Below are positions 15,305 to 20,890 of a stretch of DNA of 20,890 bases, one piece after another. The notes below the pieces were generated by a model, which saw only the letters and a list, made by a program, of their open reading frames with translations, had not been told where the DNA came from and did not search any database. The stretch's first letter is position 1. Every line of letters starts with the position of its first letter. The translations under genes were made by a program, and so were the position numbers. Source of the DNA: Candidatus Krumholzibacteriia bacterium (GTDB lineage Bacteria > Krumholzibacteriota > Krumholzibacteriia > WVZY01); assembly GCA_046754105.1 (NCBI GenBank), contig JBHHVD010000059.1:1-20890 (forward strand), given 5' to 3'.

Positions 15305-15453
15305 GCGCCCCGCTCGCTCATGTCACGCACTTGTTCGGACGTCAAGCCGTAGAGCGGCGGTGTCTCACGGGGGATACAGCCGACGACGCGCGCGGTGCAC
15401 GCCCGGATCTTCTCGTAGTAGTCCAGAAACTGCTGAGTGGTTCGATACTCCAT
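15301..15453 (-). pseudogene. DinB-family gene remnant with an in-frame internal deletion (50 aa)
   Basis: MEYRTTQQFLDYYEKIRACTARVVGCIPRE resembles a DinB-family N-terminus. It joins directly to TPPLYGLTSEQVR, which resembles the C-terminus of the same family. RBS-like GGAG upstream; the stop overlaps the methyltransferase ATG (ATGA). Confidence 0.7.
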
Positions 15454-15633
15454 CGCCACGCTCCATGCCTCCTGGGGACGGGCCATTGTCGCATCCGTCC
15501 GCACGAACCGCAAGTGGCAACCGGCACCGGGCCGGAGCGGCGGCCTCACCGCGCTCCGCCCCAATCGTCGAGACCCGGGCCCGCCGGACGCTCGTGCGCA
15601 CCCCCCGTTTCCACCTCGATTCGACATCCCAAA

Positions 15634-15662
15634 TTGACATCCGCCGGTCCAGCCGATACCAT
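15634..15662 (+). promoter_or_regulatory. Sigma70-type promoter for serB-sppA
   Basis: TTGACA (15634-15639)-N17-TACCAT (15657-15662), 47 nt upstream of the serB ATG. Confidence 0.7.
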
Positions 15663-15709
15663 CGGGACTTATTTGCGAACGCGGAAGCGGCTCGCGGGGG
15701 GGGGCGTTA

Positions 15710-16897
15710 ATGGATGAAAAAAACTACGTGGTGGTCACCGGATCCGGTCGCGACCGGCCCGGTATTACGGCGGCCTTCGCCGGAATCCTCGTGGCCCACG
15801 GCGTGGACGTCGTGGATATCGACCAGGCGGCGCTGCACGATTTCCTCGGGCTGTCGTTTCTGCTCGATCTCGGCGCCGCCGGGGGCGCCAAGGACACCGT
15901 CATCAAGGATCTCCTCTTCGAGGCCAACCGTCTGGGAATGCAGCTCAGTTTCCAGCTGCTCTCGGAGAAGGAGCTTTCCCACAAGAAGGATAAGAACCTC
16001 TTCGTGTTGACGTTCTTCGGGGATACGCGCGTGCTGGCGGAGGTGGCGGGCACCCTCGGTGAGGAAGGCGCCAATATAGAAAAGATAACCAACCTTTCCC
16101 TGCGGAGCGCCCACTGCATCGAACTGACGATTGACGCGAGAAGAGTCCCAAGCCTGGCCCGTTTGCGCGAGCGGCTCATGAAGCGGAGTCACGAGCTCAA
16201 TATCGACCTGGCCCTGCAGAAGATGGAGGCCTATCGCAAGAGCAAGCGTGTTGTGTTTTTCGATATGGATCGCACGTTGATCGACATGGAGGTGATCGAC
16301 GAGATGGCACGGGCGGCCGGCACCTGGGACGAGGTGCACCGCGTGACCGAAAAGGCGATGCGCGGCGACCTCGACTTCGAGGATTCCCTGAGGCAGCGCA
16401 CGGCGCTGCTCAAGGGGCTCCGGCTCTCAGAGTTGGAAAAGATCCGCGATCGCATCCGCATCTCCGAAGGCGCGAGAGATTTGACGCGCACGTTGAAGAA
16501 ACTGGGCTACCGGCTCGGCGTCGTCAGTGGCGGCTTCCAGTTTTTCGCCGACCACCTCATGGCGACACTGGACCTCGATTTTGCCTACGCCAACGAACTG
16601 GAAATCAAGGCATCCGCCCTGACCGGGCGTATCAGCGGTGACATCATCGACGACGCGCGAAAGGCGCGGCTGGTCAACCAGGTGTCTCGGGAAATGGGCA
16701 TCGTGCTCGACCAGGCCGTCGCCATCGGCGACGGCGCCAACGACCGGCTGATGCTCGGCCAGGCGGGACTCGGGATCGCCTACAACGCCCACATGGGGTT
16801 GGAAAAAGCCGCCAGCATGAACCTGGGGCACACACGCCTGATGAATATCCTCTACGTCCTCGGAATCACCGAAGAAGACGTCGAGACCGCAACCTAG
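15710..16897 (+). CDS. serB: Phosphoserine phosphatase with two ACT domains (long form)
   Basis: ACT domain VTGSGRDRPGITA and a second ACT (GANIEKI). HAD motifs FFDMDRTLI, EVIDE, TEKAMRGDLDFEDSLRQR, VVSGGF, K and GDGAND. Confidence 0.93.
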   Translation: MDEKNYVVVTGSGRDRPGITAAFAGILVAHGVDVVDIDQAALHDFLGLSFLLDLGAAGGAKDTVIKDLLFEANRLGMQLSFQLLSEKELSHKKDKNLFVLTFFGDTRVLAEVAGTLGEEGANIEKITNLSLRSAHCIELTIDARRVPSLARLRERLMKRSHELNIDLALQKMEAYRKSKRVVFFDMDRTLIDMEVIDEMARAAGTWDEVHRVTEKAMRGDLDFEDSLRQRTALLKGLRLSELEKIRDRIRISEGARDLTRTLKKLGYRLGVVSGGFQFFADHLMATLDLDFAYANELEIKASALTGRISGDIIDDARKARLVNQVSREMGIVLDQAVAIGDGANDRLMLGQAGLGIAYNAHMGLEKAASMNLGHTRLMNILYVLGITEEDVETAT

Positions 16898-16975
16898 CGG
16901 GCGGGGTTTCGTACGTCAAACAGTAGCCCTCGACGCGGCCGGCAGCGACCGGCCTTTTGGCAAGGAGAAGAAGAG

Positions 16976-18691
16976 ATGAAGGGATTTATCAAGTCGTTTT
17001 TCGCCTCGCTTCTGGCCATCGTTTTCCTTTTCGTCGTCATCATCGGCGCCGCGGCCCTCAAGGGGCGTGAGAAACCGAAGGTCAAGGACGGCTCGTACCT
17101 CGTCGTCGATATCTACGGAGAGATACTGCCGTACAATCCGCCGGACGACCTCGTGGCCGAGGTCTTCGGCGGCGAGCCCGAAACCCTGCAGCGGATCCTG
17201 GGCAACCTCGAAAAGGCGGCCCTGGACGATCGCATCAAGGGTGTCATTATGAAGGTCTCGAGCAGCAATACGCTCGGGTACGCGTCCATGGAGGAAATCC
17301 GGCACCGGATCCACGCCGTGCGCGATGCCGGCAAGAAGGTCTTCGCCTACGCGGATAATTTGGATCGCAAGGGCCTTTTTCTCGCGTCCGCCTGTGATTC
17401 GATTTTCATGCCGCCGACGAGCGAACTGTTTTTCGCCGGCTTCGGTCTCACCCGTTCCTATGTCCGCGGCACGCTGGACAAGCTGGGCATCGAACCAAAC
17501 ATCCACAAGATCGACGAGTACAAATCCGCTGCCGAACTGGTGCTGCGCAAGGACATGTCGCCCGAGGCACGGGAGATGATCAACTGGATCTACGACGACT
17601 TTTGGGATGTACAGATGCAGGCGCTGTCCGACGAGCGCGGAATCCCCCGCGAGCGGCTCGTGGAGCTGATGGATTATGCATTGTTCATCGCACACGAGGC
17701 GCGCGACGCGGGATTGATCGACAAGGTCATGTACTGGGACGAGATCGAGACGGCGCTCATGGACGAGGACGACGACAAACTCCGCACCGTCTCGCAGGGC
17801 ACGTACGCAAAGGTCGAGCGGAAATCACTCGGACTGCACGGCAAGAAAAAGATCGCGGTCGTGCACGCGCACGGTACCATCGGCGGTCGCGAGAGCCACG
17901 TCGATCCGATGCTGGGTATCATGATGGGTCACGCGTCAATGGCGAGGGAGCTGCGGCGGGTTCGGGCCGACGACGACGTCGCCGCGGTCGTGTTCCGCGT
18001 AGCGAGCCCCGGCGGCGAATCGCTGGCGAGCGATCTCATCAGCCGCGAGATCGAGCGCCTGGCCGAAGAGAAACCCGTGGTCGTATCCATGGTCGACGTG
18101 GCCGCTTCGGGAGGGTACAGCATTTCCTACCGGGCCACAAAGATCGTGGCGGACCCCTTGACCATTACGGGCTCGATCGGTTCCATCAGCGGCAAGTTCA
18201 ACATGTCGGGTCTTTACAACAAGCTCGGGGTGACCTTCGATTTCGTCGGCAGGGGACCAAACGGTTTTCTGTGGAATCCGTACCGCAACTTCACGCCCGC
18301 GCAGCGCGAACGCTTCGAGGAAAACCACTGGCAGGGGTTCAACATCTGGCTCGAGGACATCGCGGAAGAACGCGGCATACGACTGGAGGCCTTGCAGAAA
18401 CTCGCCATGGGCCGGGTGTGGACGGGCCGCCAGGCACTCGACAACGGGCTCATCGACGAGCTGGGGGGTCTGGACCGGGCGATCGAACTGGCGCGGGAAC
18501 TCGCCGAGCTGCCGGCGGATGAGGGTGTTACCGTCGTCGATTACCCGAAGAAAAAAGGGATTCTGGAAATGATCTCGAGCGGGGGCGGCCCGCACGCGGC
18601 GATGCGGTGGGTTCTCTACCGGTTCATCCGCCACGACCTCGCGCAATCGCTCGAAATACTCTCACGGGTGTCCGCGGTTCCCGTGCCCTAG
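16976..18691 (+). CDS. sppA: Signal peptide peptidase SppA (protease IV, tandem S49 domains)
   Basis: N-terminal TM helix, YKSAAE (catalytic Lys), RVASPGG, VAASGGY (catalytic Ser), TITGSIGS, GRVWTGRQA..GLIDELGGL. RBS AAGGAG. Confidence 0.93.
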   Translation: MKGFIKSFFASLLAIVFLFVVIIGAAALKGREKPKVKDGSYLVVDIYGEILPYNPPDDLVAEVFGGEPETLQRILGNLEKAALDDRIKGVIMKVSSSNTLGYASMEEIRHRIHAVRDAGKKVFAYADNLDRKGLFLASACDSIFMPPTSELFFAGFGLTRSYVRGTLDKLGIEPNIHKIDEYKSAAELVLRKDMSPEAREMINWIYDDFWDVQMQALSDERGIPRERLVELMDYALFIAHEARDAGLIDKVMYWDEIETALMDEDDDKLRTVSQGTYAKVERKSLGLHGKKKIAVVHAHGTIGGRESHVDPMLGIMMGHASMARELRRVRADDDVAAVVFRVASPGGESLASDLISREIERLAEEKPVVVSMVDVAASGGYSISYRATKIVADPLTITGSIGSISGKFNMSGLYNKLGVTFDFVGRGPNGFLWNPYRNFTPAQRERFEENHWQGFNIWLEDIAEERGIRLEALQKLAMGRVWTGRQALDNGLIDELGGLDRAIELARELAELPADEGVTVVDYPKKKGILEMISSGGGPHAAMRWVLYRFIRHDLAQSLEILSRVSAVPVP

Positions 18692-19095
18692 GCCGGGTCG
18701 GCCTTCATGAGTTCGTCCGTCGGGATCGGCTCGAGGGACGCCGGCAGGTCGTAGATATGCCGCGTCGTTTTCAGGGGAAAGACCTCTTTGCCGAGCCCCA
18801 TTTCGATGACCTGTTCCTTGGTGACCGTCAGGTTGGGCCGCCACGACTTGAGGACGATGCCGTCGTCGGAGAGGTATTTCACGCAATAGCACGGGATTCT
18901 CCTGCAGCCCAGTTCTCGGCTTGCCCAGTAGCGGTGGTGCCCGTCCAGGATGACCTTGGAATCACAATCCACGAGCAGCGGCGGGTGAAATCGCCCGGTG
19001 CTTTTCATGATATCCAGCAGCCGGCCGACTTGTTTCGGATCGACAGCTTCGTGGACGCGCAATTCGTCCGGCTTGAGGAGTAGCAGCTTTTTCAT
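18688..19095 (-). CDS. Small ParB/Srx-fold protein resembling a minimal SerK/SbnI free-serine kinase (135 aa)
   Basis: LRVHEAV, PPLLVD, ILDGHHRY, IPC..KY, SW and VTKEQVIEMGLGKEVFPLKTTRH. The true start is likely ATG 19095; the longer ORF-track extension overlaps the dsbD-like gene in antisense. Confidence 0.8.
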   Translation of the reverse strand: MKKLLLLKPDELRVHEAVDPKQVGRLLDIMKSTGRFHPPLLVDCDSKVILDGHHRYWASRELGCRRIPCYCVKYLSDDGIVLKSWRPNLTVTKEQVIEMGLGKEVFPLKTTRHIYDLPASLEPIPTDELMKADPA

Positions 19096-19191
19096 TTGGG
19101 ATCCGGCGGCCCGGTCGCAGGCGAAGGCTATATCGTAGCAGAAGATAGTACGTTTGTGCGAGTTCAAAAAGACGTATTTCGAGGGAGTGAC

Positions 19192-19220
19192 TTGCGCGGA
19201 CGGCCGTCCGCGCATATCGT
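19192..19220 (+). promoter_or_regulatory. Putative promoter containing a perfect 22-bp palindrome
   Basis: TTGCGC (19192-19197)-N17-TATCGT (19215-19220). TGCGCGGACGGCCGTCCGCGCA (19193-19214) is its own reverse complement. Confidence 0.5.
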
Positions 19221-19228
19221 AGATCACC

Positions 19229-20068
19229 ATGAAGCGCGCGCGTTTTCTCATACTAGCAGCGGTCCTCTCGGGGGGCGTGGACGCCGCGGCGGCGAACGGT
19301 GCGGAGACGAACCACGTCCGCGCGGAGCTCGTCGGTGAGACGACATCGATACAGCCGGGGCAACCATTCTGGGTCGCCGTGCGGCTGGAGATGGACCAGG
19401 GCTGGCACGTCAACTGGATCAACCCCGGCGATGCGGGGCTGGCACCACGTATCGAGTGGGCGCTGCCGGAGGGCTTTGCCGCCGGCGATATCCGTTGGCC
19501 GTACCCGGAGCGGTTTGCCGTCCCCGAACTGTCCATGTTCGGGTACGAGGGAAGCGTATCGCTGATGGTAGAGATTCGTCCGCCCAGTGCGCTCGGGCAT
19601 GAGCGCGTCGAACTACGGGCCCGTGTGACCTGGCTCGCCTGCCGCGACGTTTGCATCCCGGGAGAAGCGCAGGTAGTGCTCGCACTGCCCGTGGATGCGA
19701 GAACGCCACAGGATGACGCCGGGTTGGCTGGGGAATTCGAGGCGACCCGGCGGCGGATTCCGGCCGTGTCTTCCGCGTGGCGTTTCTCGGCCCGCGTGAC
19801 GGACGAACGTATCATCATCAGTGCGATACCGCGGGGAACGCACGCAACGCCGGTGGAGGCGATGGTCTTCTACCCGGTGGACCAGGGCATCATCGAAAAC
19901 GCGGTGGAACAGAAGCTGGAAAAAACCGTAAAAGGCTACGACCTGGCGATCGCGCGCGCGCGGATCGGCATCGACAAGCTGGCGCGCATCCGCGGGGTGC
20001 TGGTCTCCCCGGAGGGCTGGGGACCCGTTTCGCGAAACGCCCTCGAGATAGACGTTCCCGTAGAATAG
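19229..20068 (+). CDS. Exported protein-disulfide reductase DsbD N-terminal domain protein
   Basis: Signal peptide, GWHVNWINPGDAG, WPYPERF..MFGYEG and WLACRDVCIPGE (CxxxC). There is no TM (beta) or thioredoxin (gamma) domain. Confidence 0.85.
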   Translation: MKRARFLILAAVLSGGVDAAAANGAETNHVRAELVGETTSIQPGQPFWVAVRLEMDQGWHVNWINPGDAGLAPRIEWALPEGFAAGDIRWPYPERFAVPELSMFGYEGSVSLMVEIRPPSALGHERVELRARVTWLACRDVCIPGEAQVVLALPVDARTPQDDAGLAGEFEATRRRIPAVSSAWRFSARVTDERIIISAIPRGTHATPVEAMVFYPVDQGIIENAVEQKLEKTVKGYDLAIARARIGIDKLARIRGVLVSPEGWGPVSRNALEIDVPVE

Positions 20069-20117
20069 ATCTCCGGCGTCGTTGGTTCGCCGGACACTAT
20101 CAACCAAGGAGTGCGCG

Positions 20118-20747
20118 ATGAAACGATGGATGATTCTGTTGCTGGTTCCGGCGCTGCTGTTGACGGCCGGTCTCGCCGCCGCCGAATCCTACGCCGCCAA
20201 GGCCAGGATGGACAAAGCCGCCCCCGCCTTTACACTGACCGACGTCGACGGACACGAGCACTCGCTTGCGGACTACAAGGGCAAGTACGTGGTGCTGGAA
20301 TGGACGAACATGGATTGCCCGTTCGTGAAAAAACACTACAAGAGCGGCAACATGCAGGGTCTCCAGAAGCAGTTTACCAAAGAGGGAGTGGTGTGGCTTC
20401 GTATCTGCTCATCGGCGAAAGGCGCCCAGGGCTATTTCAAGGCCGCCGAAATCAAGCGCCGTCTCAAGGAAGACAAGGCGATGCAGACCGCGTATCTGAT
20501 CGACGCCGACGGCACGGTCGGCCGCATGTACGGCGCCAAAACGACGCCCCACATGTTCGTCATCGACCCCAAGGGCGCCCTGATCTACGCCGGTGGCATC
20601 GACGACAAGCCCTCGACGCAGCTGGCCACCGTCGAAGGCGCCACGAACTACGTCAGCGACTGCCTGCAGGCCGCCATGAGCGGCAAGCCGGTCGCGCAAA
20701 AGACCGCGCCACCCTACGGCTGCGGGGTCAAGTACGCCAAGAAATAG
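20118..20747 (+). CDS. Exported thioredoxin-fold redoxin (AhpC/TSA-like)
   Basis: Signal peptide MKRWMILLLVPALLL, APAFTLTD, VVLEWTNMDCPFVKKHY, YGAKTTPHMFVID, YAGGIDD and PYGCGVKY. RBS AAGGAG precedes ATG 20118. Confidence 0.9.
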   Translation: MKRWMILLLVPALLLTAGLAAAESYAAKARMDKAAPAFTLTDVDGHEHSLADYKGKYVVLEWTNMDCPFVKKHYKSGNMQGLQKQFTKEGVVWLRICSSAKGAQGYFKAAEIKRRLKEDKAMQTAYLIDADGTVGRMYGAKTTPHMFVIDPKGALIYAGGIDDKPSTQLATVEGATNYVSDCLQAAMSGKPVAQKTAPPYGCGVKYAKK

Positions 20748-20781
20748 GCCGCGTGGACGACGCGTGTCCGCCGGAGCGGGC

Positions 20782-20890
20782 GAGCTTGGGGGTTGTCGAC
20801 GGGACGTTCGCAGGAGCGAGCGAGGATCACCGGCCGAAGGCCGGTAGCCGAGCGAAGCGGGCGACGGGACGGAGACAAGCCCCCGAGCCC
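20782..20890. repeat. REP/MITE-like structured intergenic element
   Basis: Imperfect terminal inverted repeats (20782-20797 vs 20874-20890), a central perfect hairpin ACCGGCC-GAA-GGCCGGT (20829-20845) and a direct repeat CGACGGGACG (20797-20806, 20862-20871). Confidence 0.5.

Noticed and set aside
19096..19818. Long N-terminal extension of the ParB/Srx ORF (376 aa in the track)
   Set aside because: It overlaps the well-supported DsbD-N gene in antisense, and family-like sequence begins only at Met 19095.
1..20890. CRISPR array, rRNA, tRNA or IS transposase
   Set aside because: No regularly spaced repeat-spacer units, RNA gene signatures or transposase motifs were seen.

Overview
GC-rich bacterial chromosomal window with three parts. 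(1) The left ~1.8 kb looks like the edge of a prophage or island. It holds a partial ParB-N domain gene of the type fused to phage DNA methyltransferases (minus strand, running off the window and missing from the ORF track). A class II Fic gene with a C-terminal HTH runs divergently from it, and the AT-rich spacer between them carries six copies of a 12-bp motif arranged as two similar triads. (2) At 2.2-8.45 kb there is a four-gene type IV minor-pilin operon (FimT/GspH-like, PilV/MshD-like, PilW-like, PilX-like) with no PilY1, major pilin or assembly machinery in the window. The PilW-like pilin is 1030 aa and carries Ig-like stalk domains and an FG-GAP beta-propeller. The PilX-like pilin is ~690 aa and carries two DnaJ-type CxxCxGxG motifs and Ca-binding-type loops. 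This is the best candidate for an undescribed system: an adhesin built into the tip pilins. (3) The rest is mostly housekeeping: class II ribonucleotide reductase nrdJ with tandem NrdR boxes, a membrane Ser/Thr kinase-TPR protein, a SAM methyltransferase coupled to an internally deleted DinB-family mini-gene, serB, sppA, a minimal SerK/SbnI-like ParB/Srx protein, a stand-alone DsbD N-terminal-domain protein, an exported redoxin and a REP-like structured element. All family calls come from motifs recognised by eye; no searches were run.
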